A stretch of 38,837 nt of DNA from an uncultured Candidatus Saccharibacteria bacterium (GCA_964479835.1 CAYZRE010000003.1:1-38837); one strand, 5' to 3'. Numbered from the stretch's first letter, positions 26,191-34,598 are shown. A program made the numbers and translations. The notes: a model not told the origin generated them from the sequence alone.

Positions 26191-27093
26191 ATGCCACAAC
26201 AAGTGCTCATTATCGGCGCCGGAGCCCTGGGAACCGCGCTTGGGAAGATCATGCCGAAGGACCACACGCAAGTGGCTTTTTGGGATATCGATGAGGCTAA
26301 GTGCGGAGGTCCGAGACAGCCGCTGGAGACGCTTGTGCCGGCCGCTGATTTTATATTCATGTGCATCCCCAGTTGGGCGATGCGCCCCTCGGTGTCGCAA
26401 TACTCCGCTCTAATCAAGCCAACGACCGTGGTGGTCTCTCTCGCGAAGGGCCTTGAATCACCGACTGCAAAAACAATGTTCGAGGTGTGTACCGAAGTAC
26501 TCCCGCCAAACCAGCCGGTGGTTATCATGGGAGGCGCTATGCTGGCATACGAAATCGGTTCAGGTCTCCCGGGCATGGCGGTCATCGCCGCCATGGATGA
26601 TGCGGTGGCCGCAAATCTCATGGCGTTATTTAATGGGTCTGTGTTGCAACTGTCCTGGTCAAGCGATGCGCGTTCAGTTGCCATCGCCGGCGTACTGAAG
26701 AATGTGTATGCCATCATGCTTGGTATTGGCGACGGTCTGGGCTTGGGCAGTAACACGCGAGGATGGTTATTTGCACAGGCGGTTCAGGAAATATTGGAAA
26801 TAGGCAGACTGATGCATGCTGATCCGCTGGTTCTCTTGTCTGTGGCAGGCATCGGAGATTTAGTCGCGACGGGCCTGTCGCCCCAATCGAAAAATCATAC
26901 TGCCGGCGTCCAGCTGGCGCAGACAGGCCGCACGGCTCTGGAATGTGAGGGTATCATGTCATTCCCATCAGTACTGCAGTCAGTGGGACAGCGTCCTAAT
27001 CTACGGCTCCTGAACGCCATCGAAGCTATTTTGTTACGAGGCCAGAATGTCCGCATCGTAATACAGGACCTCATATACAAAAAAACATCGTGA
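26191..27093 (+). CDS. gpsA: NAD(P)H-dependent glycerol-3-phosphate dehydrogenase
   Basis: IGAGALGTALG, VSLAKGLE, GVLKNVYAI.LG..DG..LG.N, GIGDLVAT. Confidence 0.88.
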   Translation: MPQQVLIIGAGALGTALGKIMPKDHTQVAFWDIDEAKCGGPRQPLETLVPAADFIFMCIPSWAMRPSVSQYSALIKPTTVVVSLAKGLESPTAKTMFEVCTEVLPPNQPVVIMGGAMLAYEIGSGLPGMAVIAAMDDAVAANLMALFNGSVLQLSWSSDARSVAIAGVLKNVYAIMLGIGDGLGLGSNTRGWLFAQAVQEILEIGRLMHADPLVLLSVAGIGDLVATGLSPQSKNHTAGVQLAQTGRTALECEGIMSFPSVLQSVGQRPNLRLLNAIEAILLRGQNVRIVIQDLIYKKTS

Positions 27094-27195
27094 TCGTGAA
27101 CGAACCTGTGGACTACTGCATTTGTGAGATGTGTCTCTCGATGAGATAATACAGCAGACCTGTCTGCGCAGACAGGATTGAAGGGAGGTGGTTAT

Positions 27196-27390
27196 GTGAA
27201 ATTCGCAAAAATCGCCTGGTGGCTATTGGTGATCGGCGGCCTGAACTGGGCCCTCGTGGGTTTGTTTGGGAAAGATCTGTTTTCACTCATAGGATTGGAC
27301 TTGAGTTCGTGGTTGGCACGGCTCGTGTACCTTCTTGTTGGTATTTCCGCACTGTACGCACTGTTCGGAAAAAAGAGCTCGTCCCTCTAG
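27196..27390 (+). CDS. DUF378 family small membrane protein
   Basis: LLVIGGLNWALVGLF..DL...I.G......RLVYLLVGISALY. GGAGG RBS before GTG 27196. Confidence 0.88.
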   Translation: MKFAKIAWWLLVIGGLNWALVGLFGKDLFSLIGLDLSSWLARLVYLLVGISALYALFGKKSSSL

Positions 27391-27408
27391 GACGGGTTTT
27401 TATTATGA

Positions 27409-27445
27409 GCGGAAGGCCCCGAGAGGGGGCTTTCTGCGTTTTTTT
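27409..27445 (+). terminator. Intrinsic terminator after DUF378 gene
   Basis: GCGGAAGGCCCC-GAGAG-GGGGCTTTCTGC stem followed by a T7 tract. Confidence 0.75.
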
Positions 27446-27655
27446 ATGCAAACAAATGCGGAAATGCGTCGTTCCGACGCGAGAGATATCTTCTGTAGGC
27501 CCTCGCGCATATGCGCTTGGGCACGAATAGCCGGCCATATTTACAGAAGAAGAGCGGCTATTCGTCAAGGTTGCGTCATAGTGCCGGCCCGTATACGATG
27601 CCGCAGTCGAACACCCAATTCCATGAAACGAGCCGCACAAAAAGACTTGACAGTT

Positions 27656-28078
27656 ATGCCGAAAAGCGGCGATTCGCTTGTTGATTGGGTGTTCCGTCAG
27701 TTTGTGCTCGTTCTGCAGAGCGAACGGGTCAGGGTGACCCGCAAGAAGCGTTTGGTGAACCCCGACGACCCCCACCGGAAGGTTATTCGCGGCCTTATGG
27801 ACCCCGATATTCACCCGTCGGGCAACTGGGTGCAAATCCTTATCAATCCTGCCAAGAATACCCACAAGAGCCGCAACGAAGAGGTAGAGACACTTATGCA
27901 CGAGCTCGCGCATGTCATCTTGCCTCGAAGTGGAGAACGCTCGATTCTCTCAATGGAAGGTTTGTTGGCACGCCGGTTTTCATCCGCACAGCGCCGGTAT
28001 CTGAAATCATTCATTCCGAAGCATGAAGTGAAACATTACCCGCGTCTTGGTGTTCTTGGGCGTGTTGCCACTGCTTAG
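27656..28078 (+). CDS. Hypothetical small protein with HEXXH motif (ImmA/IrrE-like metallopeptidase motif)
   Basis: ETLMHELAHVIL. Start uncertain (ATG 27623 or 27656). Confidence 0.55.
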   Translation: MPKSGDSLVDWVFRQFVLVLQSERVRVTRKKRLVNPDDPHRKVIRGLMDPDIHPSGNWVQILINPAKNTHKSRNEEVETLMHELAHVILPRSGERSILSMEGLLARRFSSAQRRYLKSFIPKHEVKHYPRLGVLGRVATA

Positions 28079-28129
28079 AGGCGGAGTATAGTGAGGGTGC
28101 TACCCGCTCACTGACAATCGGAGGCAGAA

Positions 28130-29212
28130 ATGAAGAACCGTCTGAAGAAGGAGTCTTTGGTTTCACTCATCGCCGGCCTCGCGCTGGCAGCGTTCGTGAT
28201 CCCCTGGTCATTTTCGACCATCAGCAAGTCCAACGAACTCCTGCGACAGCAGCAGGAGATGCTCACACCACTCGCCCCGAGCACCCAAGGGATTGCTGTT
28301 GACGAGAGGACACTCGACGAGCAGTTCGCGCGCGCCAAGGTTGCCGAGCGTGACCCCATCGCGATTCACCGACCCGTGCATCTCGCCCGGGCGTCCGAGC
28401 CGTCCCGCTCTGCGTACTCTATCGTGCCCCAGGGTTCATCGGAGCTTGTGCCGCTGGACGGGTGGGTCGACCAGCCCAACAAGGACCGGCCAGGCCGCCT
28501 GCACACGAATCTCAAGTGGCGCTGGGCCAACAAAGCAAAGCCCAGACCTAGTGGTACGGGCAAGGTCAGCGACGCGGAGCCGATGCTCGATGAGCCTCCG
28601 AACACCCGTTTCGAACCCGGGTACATCATGGTCGCCTGGTCCGGCACGGATGACCGAGCACAGGAACATGCCAAGCCCCGCGACGACAAGCAGACGAAGA
28701 CTGAGCGCAAACGCGATACGCCGCCTCCGAAGGCTCGCGAGGGCGAGCAGACAAAGACGCAGGCGCCCGCAGACCGCAGTGACGCCCAGCGTCGCCAGCC
28801 TCAATCCACGAACGACGGCCGCCGTGACCGCGACAACAACGGCGACCGCAGCACCAAGACCGATGCCCAGAGGCGTCAGCCGAGACCGAACGGCAACTAC
28901 GATCGGTACAGCTGGCGCAAGTACGACGGGCGATCTCATGGGGCTCGTGACCGCTTCCCGCGCTCCTACGGTGGCTCGCGCTATTTCGACCGCCGCTTCT
29001 ACCGCGGCAACCTGTTCGGCTCGCACGACCGTCTCTGGTACAGCTACCGGAACGCATGGCGCCTGTTCTACTGGCCCTATCCGTATGCTCCTTTGTACGG
29101 CTGCGGGTGGTACTTCGTTCCTACGGATCGCGTGCTCGTGTACGACCCGTACTCTCGTGAGGAGTACTGGGAATACACAAACTACGAACGGGCCTACCTC
29201 TGCTTCGACTGA
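28130..29212 (+). CDS. Hypothetical membrane-anchored protein with low-complexity charged linker and Tyr/Trp/Arg-rich C-terminus
   Basis: TATAGT -10, GGAGG RBS, N-terminal TM, consistent C-ending codon bias, downstream terminator. Confidence 0.7.
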   Translation: MKNRLKKESLVSLIAGLALAAFVIPWSFSTISKSNELLRQQQEMLTPLAPSTQGIAVDERTLDEQFARAKVAERDPIAIHRPVHLARASEPSRSAYSIVPQGSSELVPLDGWVDQPNKDRPGRLHTNLKWRWANKAKPRPSGTGKVSDAEPMLDEPPNTRFEPGYIMVAWSGTDDRAQEHAKPRDDKQTKTERKRDTPPPKAREGEQTKTQAPADRSDAQRRQPQSTNDGRRDRDNNGDRSTKTDAQRRQPRPNGNYDRYSWRKYDGRSHGARDRFPRSYGGSRYFDRRFYRGNLFGSHDRLWYSYRNAWRLFYWPYPYAPLYGCGWYFVPTDRVLVYDPYSREEYWEYTNYERAYLCFD

Positions 29213-29229
29213 GCGCACAGTGCGCTTAC

Positions 29230-29265
29230 TCCCTTCCGTCCTTGCGGCGGAAGGGATTTTTCTTT
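29230..29265 (+). terminator. Intrinsic terminator
   Basis: TCCCTTCCG...CGGAAGGGA followed by TTTTTCTTT. Confidence 0.75.
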
Positions 29266-29309
29266 ACTCTCATCACGGCTCGTTCAAAAGCCGGAAAGGA
29301 GAGAGTGCC

Positions 29310-30722
29310 ATGGGCGATCGGAGCCTCTTTAAGCGGTGCGTGCTCAAAACGAACGGAATGCTCGTTGTGAACTGGGCGAACCGATTTGCCAATGTCTCCG
29401 GAGTCGGCGTTGCGGTGGGGTGCGCTGATGACCCGTCTTGGTTGGACGGTGCTGCACATCTGTGGGAGCACATCGTCTGTCGTCGGAGTAACACCTACGA
29501 CGACCACCAGGTCAACCTCATGCTCGAGCGCTACTTCGGCGGTTCCGATGGTATGGACATCAACATCTGCACGACATGGTTCTACACGTTCTACGGGCAC
29601 TTCGATTTGCGCCGTCGCGCATACCTGAAGGACACCTTCCCGCTCATGGCGACCATGGTACGGGATGCGGTCATCGAGGCGCACAACAATCGCGAGAGCG
29701 ATGTGCGGCTCTACGATCTCAAGGGTCTGCTCGTTGAACGCGGAGCTGTACGCAACGAAACGGCACTGTATCGCGATGACCTCGGCCGCCGTATCAGCGA
29801 CATGTTGCACTACGAGCTGTACCGAATCAATCCGGTGCGACGACCGGGCGATGCGGATATCGCTCAACTGCGCAAGGTGACCAAAATCGGCCGTCTGAAG
29901 CAGTGGGCCGCCGGCCACTACGTACCGGAGAAGATGTTCGCTATTTTGGGAGGTCCGACCCAAAAGGATGCACTGGAGCTGGTTGCCGAGGCGGGTCTGG
30001 ACCAGCTCAAGCCCTATAAAGGCGTTGCGTCCGAATACGACGGCAGTGACGACATGCCGCAACTCACGGGCGTGCGGGACATCGTCATCGATCGGGCGGG
30101 TATCCATCAGACCCATGTGGGTTGGGCGTGGCCGACCGAGTCGTTTCTAACCGAGGACGGCCCTGCGTTGGAGGTCCTCGCGCGTCTGATGAAGATGCGC
30201 ATGGAGTGCTCGCTCCGCGAGGAGAACACGGACATCGATGCCGGTGTCTACCATCCCGCAGTAGCTTGGTATGCCTCCAAACATCACGGCCTCCTGGAAG
30301 CCTGGTTCTCAAGTGTCGGCGGTACTTCGTATATTGAGCAGGCCGAGGCGCTCGTCACGGACATCTGCGGACATCTGCGCAGTGACACAAGCACGGCCTT
30401 CGCTGAAGAGGTTGAGGCCATCCGCCACAACGAGATGGACACGTTGGACTACGAGTGGCTCTTTGACCATGGCGGTCTCTGCGAACGCATCGCGACGCAC
30501 ATCTCTAACGGCGACCGCGAGCTCATTCGTCTGGACTCGCTTCGTCACCGTATGGCCAAGGTGACCCCGGAGGATGTCCGGGCGGTGGCGAACAAGTACC
30601 TCACCACCGAAAGGTATGTGCGCGCACTCATCCGTCCGGTTTTCGTCCCGCAGGATGTCCACGACCGGGCGGCACCCGAGTTCCAGCAATACCTCAAGTA
30701 CCTTCTGCGTCCTGCCGAGTAA
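29310..30722 (+). CDS. M16 family (pitrilysin/insulinase-like) zinc peptidase
   Basis: Inverted zinc motif HLWEH (HxxEH), INICTTWFYT, LLVERGAVRNE, VTPEDVRAVANKYL. Start at ATG 29310 with an AAGGAG RBS, not at the listed 28293. Confidence 0.85.
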   Translation: MGDRSLFKRCVLKTNGMLVVNWANRFANVSGVGVAVGCADDPSWLDGAAHLWEHIVCRRSNTYDDHQVNLMLERYFGGSDGMDINICTTWFYTFYGHFDLRRRAYLKDTFPLMATMVRDAVIEAHNNRESDVRLYDLKGLLVERGAVRNETALYRDDLGRRISDMLHYELYRINPVRRPGDADIAQLRKVTKIGRLKQWAAGHYVPEKMFAILGGPTQKDALELVAEAGLDQLKPYKGVASEYDGSDDMPQLTGVRDIVIDRAGIHQTHVGWAWPTESFLTEDGPALEVLARLMKMRMECSLREENTDIDAGVYHPAVAWYASKHHGLLEAWFSSVGGTSYIEQAEALVTDICGHLRSDTSTAFAEEVEAIRHNEMDTLDYEWLFDHGGLCERIATHISNGDRELIRLDSLRHRMAKVTPEDVRAVANKYLTTERYVRALIRPVFVPQDVHDRAAPEFQQYLKYLLRPAE

Positions 30723-30741
30723 TCGGCAGGACGTTTCTTTT
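30708..30741 (+). terminator. Intrinsic terminator overlapping M16 stop
   Basis: CGTCCTGCCGA-GTAA-TCGGCAGGACG (11 bp) followed by TTTCTTTT. Confidence 0.8.
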
Positions 30742-30761
30742 ATTCGTGTTAGACTTTCTCT

Positions 30762-32207
30762 ATGGAGCAAAAGCAAAAATTATCAGCTACGCACTTCTAT
30801 AAGTTCTTCCAGTGTCCTCACTGGATTTGGTACGACATTTACGCCGACAGCTCAAAGAAGCACGAGACCTCGCCGCTGTTGGATATCATCTACAAAGGAA
30901 AGATGCAGGATGCGGCCGGCTCGCTGGGAGCGCACAAAAAATTCGAAGAGCTCAAACCCGAACAGTACCGCGACCTGGAGGAAGCATACTTAGCAACATT
31001 GGCGCTGATGAAGCAGGGCAAGAACATCTACCACGGCGTGCTGATGACCGAAGATTGGGTGGGGATGCCGGATTTACTCGAAGCTCGGCCGGGCCACAGT
31101 TCGCTGGGCGACTTCCAATATGTTGCCTACGATGTCCAGCGCAATCTCGAACTCAAGGACGAGCACAAATTCCCACTCGTGTTCTACTCTCTTATCTTGG
31201 AGAAGATTCAGGGTGTGCGGCCTACTGAAGCATTCGTTATTGACCCGCAGGGCCATGAGCGGTCGTTTCTGGTGGGAGACTTTGTATCCCAGTTCCACAC
31301 AACACGCGCAGACATCGAGCGCATCCTCGCGGGCGATAAGCCGGCGCCGTTTCTGAAGTCCAGTTGCAAACGAACCCCGTGGTATTCGTTGTGCCTGGAG
31401 GGAACCGAGGGCTGTAACGATGTATCACTTATCTACCGGCTTTCGCAGGCCGACCAGCGACGCTTGTATGGCATCGGCATTCACACGGTCGCCGAACTTG
31501 CCGCCGCCGATGGCGACGACCTGCGCGGCAAACTGGAGGACTGGCAGTATGACAAAATCGTCCGGTTCCAAAATCAGGCACGCGTGCTCATGAGCGGTGA
31601 ACCACTCATCATCCGCAAACCGATGTTCCCACAGGTGCAGTATGAGGTTTTTTTCGACATCGAATCCGACCCGACCAGGGATGTTGATTATTTGTTGGGC
31701 ATGCTCGTACGCGACACGAAGTCGAACAAGGTGTTTTACTACCATCTGATTGCGGAGAAGCCGGAAGATGAGGCGGCGATGTGGGCAAAGTTTCTTGATG
31801 AGTTGGCAAAGTGGGAAGACTTCGCCATCTATCACTATGCGTTCTACGAGAAAATGGTATTCGATCGACTCGCTCTGCGGCACGGAGTCCCGCCGCTGTT
31901 GGCGCAGAAGTTCCACGAACACTCCGTTGACCTTCACCAGAAGACTATTGATTCAGTCGTGCTCCCGCTCTACTTCTACACACTAAAGGATGTGGCGAAG
32001 TACTTGGGCTACGCCTGGAGCGATGCCGAGGCCGGTGGCGCCGAGTCGGTCGTGTGGTATGACACATGGCTGCGCACCGGCGATCGCGCATCGCTCGACC
32101 GCATTATTCGCTACAACGAGGACGATGTTCGCGCCACCATGCTTCTGCGCGACTGGCTTGCCTCTCAAAAGCCCTCTAAGGGCAAGGCCGAAAAACTCGA
32201 AGAGTAA
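30762..32207 (+). CDS. TM0106-family RecB-like putative nuclease with C-terminal RNase H-like domain
   Basis: GMPDLL, HhH-like YGIGIHTVAELA, FFDIESDP, YHY..YE, VDLH, YTLKDVAKYLGY.W, YNEDDVRAT. Confidence 0.85.
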   Translation: MEQKQKLSATHFYKFFQCPHWIWYDIYADSSKKHETSPLLDIIYKGKMQDAAGSLGAHKKFEELKPEQYRDLEEAYLATLALMKQGKNIYHGVLMTEDWVGMPDLLEARPGHSSLGDFQYVAYDVQRNLELKDEHKFPLVFYSLILEKIQGVRPTEAFVIDPQGHERSFLVGDFVSQFHTTRADIERILAGDKPAPFLKSSCKRTPWYSLCLEGTEGCNDVSLIYRLSQADQRRLYGIGIHTVAELAAADGDDLRGKLEDWQYDKIVRFQNQARVLMSGEPLIIRKPMFPQVQYEVFFDIESDPTRDVDYLLGMLVRDTKSNKVFYYHLIAEKPEDEAAMWAKFLDELAKWEDFAIYHYAFYEKMVFDRLALRHGVPPLLAQKFHEHSVDLHQKTIDSVVLPLYFYTLKDVAKYLGYAWSDAEAGGAESVVWYDTWLRTGDRASLDRIIRYNEDDVRATMLLRDWLASQKPSKGKAEKLEE

Positions 32208-32231
32208 ACGGCTCATTTGGTGAGCCGTTTA
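32205..32231. repeat. Dispersed palindrome copy 3 (TAAACGGCTCA-TTTGG-TGAGCCGTTTA)
   Basis: 11-bp stem beginning at the TAA stop of the nuclease gene. Confidence 0.85.
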
Positions 32232-32247
32232 GGTCTATGAGCTGGAT

Positions 32248-32276
32248 TTGACAAGAGTGAGCGATATTGTCATCAT
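32248..32276 (+). promoter_or_regulatory. Predicted secDF promoter
   Basis: TTGACA (32248-53), 17 bp spacer, CATCAT (32271-76). Confidence 0.45.
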
Positions 32277-32298
32277 GAGCGGCGTCAGAGAACCTCGC

Positions 32299-33597
32299 AT
32301 GGCACGAAATTCCAAAATTCTCTTCGGTATCATTCTCGTCTCGCTCGTACTGTTTGTCTTTGTGGCTCCAAATTGGGTCAACGGCGCGACGGGTGCGCTC
32401 AACAGTGTATTTCCGAAGTGGATGATTAAAATTCCCGCCGTCGGCGAGAAGCAATTTATACTCGGACTGGATTTACTTGGCGGCGCACACCTGCTCTATC
32501 AGGCTGATTTCTCCGGTATGGCTCCCGATGTGGATAAAGCATCGGCGATGCAGGGTGTTCGAGATGTCGTGGAGCGTCGTGTCAACTTCTTCGGCGTTTC
32601 CGAGCCGACGGTCCAGGTGTCCGGAACCGACCGTCTTATCGTAGAAATCGCGGGTGTGACCGATGTGAATCAGGCCATCAAACTTATCGGCGAAACGCCG
32701 TTCTTGGAATTCAAGGAGCAGGGCGTTCTTCTGGACGCAGAGGCATGGGTGTCCACAGGACTTTCGGGCAAACAGCTCAAGCGAGCTTCGGTGACATTTG
32801 ACCCACAGACTCGCAAGCCGCAGGTCGCGCTGGAGTTCAACGACGAGGGGACAAAGCTTTTTGCGGCCATCACGAGGCGCAATCTTGGCAAACCGGTGGC
32901 TATCCTCTTGGACGGAGCTCCTATTAGCGCCCCAGTTGTGCAGAGCGAGATTACCGACGGAAGCGCGGTGATTACGGGGACATTCGGTGCAGCGGAAGCA
33001 AAACTGCTGGCAACGCGTCTCAATAGCGGCGCCCTGCCCGTTCCCATCAAGCTCATTTCTCAACAGACTATCGGCGCCTCCCTTGGCCAGCAGTCTCTGC
33101 GTAACAGTTTACGCGCCGGCATATGGGGACTTATCCTGGTCGCATTGTTCATGGTTTTTTTCTATCGTTTGCCCGGTGCGACTTCTATTTTGGCGCTTGC
33201 GGTGTATCTGCTCATCACGCTGGCGGTCTATAAGGTATTGCCGGTGACGCTGACACTCGCGGGTGTGGCGGGGTTCATCCTATCGCTGGGCATGGCATTG
33301 GATGCTAATGTACTTATTTTCGCCCGCATGAAAGAGGAGTTATCTGCCGGCCGACCGCTCGGGATGGCATTGACGGAGGGATTTCGCCGGTCATGGCCGT
33401 CCATCCGTGACAGCCATGTGACCGCGTTCATCAGTGCGTTTGTTTTGTATGTGTTCACCACATCCATTGTGCGTGGGTTTGCGCTTACCTTGGGTATCGG
33501 GGTTATCTTAAGCTTGTTCACATCGATTGTTGTAACCCGTAGTTTCCTGCGCGCATTCGCGGGTCGCTTGGGGCAGTATCGTTGGCTGTTTTCCTGA
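32299..33597 (+). CDS. secD: Protein translocase subunit SecD
   Basis: LGLDLLGG, V.ERRVNFFGVSEP, IVEIAG, AILLDG, L.SGALP, TLTLAGVAG, GMALDANV. Start placed at ATG 32299. Confidence 0.96.
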   Translation: MARNSKILFGIILVSLVLFVFVAPNWVNGATGALNSVFPKWMIKIPAVGEKQFILGLDLLGGAHLLYQADFSGMAPDVDKASAMQGVRDVVERRVNFFGVSEPTVQVSGTDRLIVEIAGVTDVNQAIKLIGETPFLEFKEQGVLLDAEAWVSTGLSGKQLKRASVTFDPQTRKPQVALEFNDEGTKLFAAITRRNLGKPVAILLDGAPISAPVVQSEITDGSAVITGTFGAAEAKLLATRLNSGALPVPIKLISQQTIGASLGQQSLRNSLRAGIWGLILVALFMVFFYRLPGATSILALAVYLLITLAVYKVLPVTLTLAGVAGFILSLGMALDANVLIFARMKEELSAGRPLGMALTEGFRRSWPSIRDSHVTAFISAFVLYVFTTSIVRGFALTLGIGVILSLFTSIVVTRSFLRAFAGRLGQYRWLFS

Positions 33598-33598
33598 C

Positions 33599-34492
33599 AT
33601 GAAACACATCTACACCAGTATGTTTGTCATATCGATTGCCGTGTTTGTAGCGGCGGCGGTCGCGTTGATGGTGTATGGCTTAGATTTCGGTGTCGACTTT
33701 ACGGGCGGGAGTATTCTGGAGGTTCAGTTCTCGGAGCGGCCTGCTACCGATGACATTACCGCTGTACTTACTAACCTGAACCTGCCGGCACTGCAGGAGA
33801 TTTCGGTGAGCCCCAGCGGCGACCGGGGGGCCCTCATCCGTAGCGGGCCTCTGACCGAGGAGGAGCACCAGGAAGTCTTACGCCTTTTAAACGAAGCTTT
33901 CCCGGACGCCAAAATGACCGAAGCGCGATTTGACTCTATTGGCCCCGCGGTCGGCGCAGAGCTGCAGCGCAAGAGCGTCACGGCAATCATTATTCTTCTG
34001 GTGGCGGTGCTTGTGTATATCGCATGGATGTTCCGGACATTATCGCGCTCGCTATCTCTTTGGGCGATGTCTGCCGGTACATTACTTGGTCTTGCCCATG
34101 ACATCATTATTCCGATGGGCGTCTTCGCGGTACTCGGCCATTTCATGGGTGTACAGATTACCGGCATCTATGTTGCGGCCATCCTGACCATTCTAGGATA
34201 TACCGTTTCTGATAAGGTTGTTATTTATGATCGCGTTCGCGAGAACCTTCTCCGCGGCTCCAAGGAGCCGTTGCCCGATGTGGTTCATCGAAGTGTTATG
34301 CAGACATTGGTCCGTTCTATCAATAACACCCTAGTTGTTATCCTGTCGTCCCTGGCCGTCTTCTTGTTCGGCGGGGAAAGTATCAAGTATTTTGCGTTAG
34401 CGTTAATGCTCGGCATTGGCCTGGGGGCTTACTCGTCGATTTTCGTCGCAGCGCCAATCCTCGTGTGGATGGGACGGCGTGGCGGGCGATAA
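33599..34492 (+). CDS. secF: Protein translocase subunit SecF
   Basis: GLDFGVDFTGG, IGPAVG.EL, HDIII, LTILGY...D.VVIYDRVREN, RSINNT, GAYSSIFVA. Confidence 0.96.
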   Translation: MKHIYTSMFVISIAVFVAAAVALMVYGLDFGVDFTGGSILEVQFSERPATDDITAVLTNLNLPALQEISVSPSGDRGALIRSGPLTEEEHQEVLRLLNEAFPDAKMTEARFDSIGPAVGAELQRKSVTAIIILLVAVLVYIAWMFRTLSRSLSLWAMSAGTLLGLAHDIIIPMGVFAVLGHFMGVQITGIYVAAILTILGYTVSDKVVIYDRVRENLLRGSKEPLPDVVHRSVMQTLVRSINNTLVVILSSLAVFLFGGESIKYFALALMLGIGLGAYSSIFVAAPILVWMGRRGGR

Positions 34493-34569
34493 AGGTCGTT
34501 GACAGCCCGGTTCGTTTCGGGTAATGAAGAGTCAGTGTCCACTGGCGGGAAAGCTTCAAGGGGAGGAGC

Positions 34570-34598
34570 TTGACTGAATTTATATTAATTGCTACTAT
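34570..34598 (+). promoter_or_regulatory. Predicted sigma70-type promoter
   Basis: TTGACT (34570-75), 17 bp spacer, TACTAT (34593-98). Confidence 0.65.

Noticed and set aside
27447-27540. c-di-GMP-I (GEMM) riboswitch resemblance (GCAAAC...GACGC...ATAGCCGG)
   Set aside because: No clean GNRA-capped P2, GACGC is followed by GAGAG not AAA, and there is no CUAA tetraloop receptor. Kept only as an unclassified structured-RNA candidate.
27480-27590. HDV-like ribozyme on the minus strand (GGCCGGC/GCCGGCT pairing)
   Set aside because: No room for P3/L3 between the putative P2 and P1 strands and no P1.1 GG. GGCCGGC is nearly self-complementary, so the match is cheap.
28293-29309. 809-aa ORF suggesting a long N-terminal extension of, or frameshift fusion to, the M16 peptidase
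   Set aside because: The extension is the +1 shadow frame of a GC-rich, Leu/Val-poor gene and reads as Ser/Thr/Ala/Arg noise. A terminator and a strong RBS precede ATG 29310.
34500-34575. Hairpins with ACTGGCG and AAGGGGAGGAGC resembling ZTP or yybP-ykoY riboswitches
   Set aside because: The required downstream elements (ZTP P3 CGCCUGGGC; yybP second arm) are absent, and the hairpins lie upstream of the predicted promoter.
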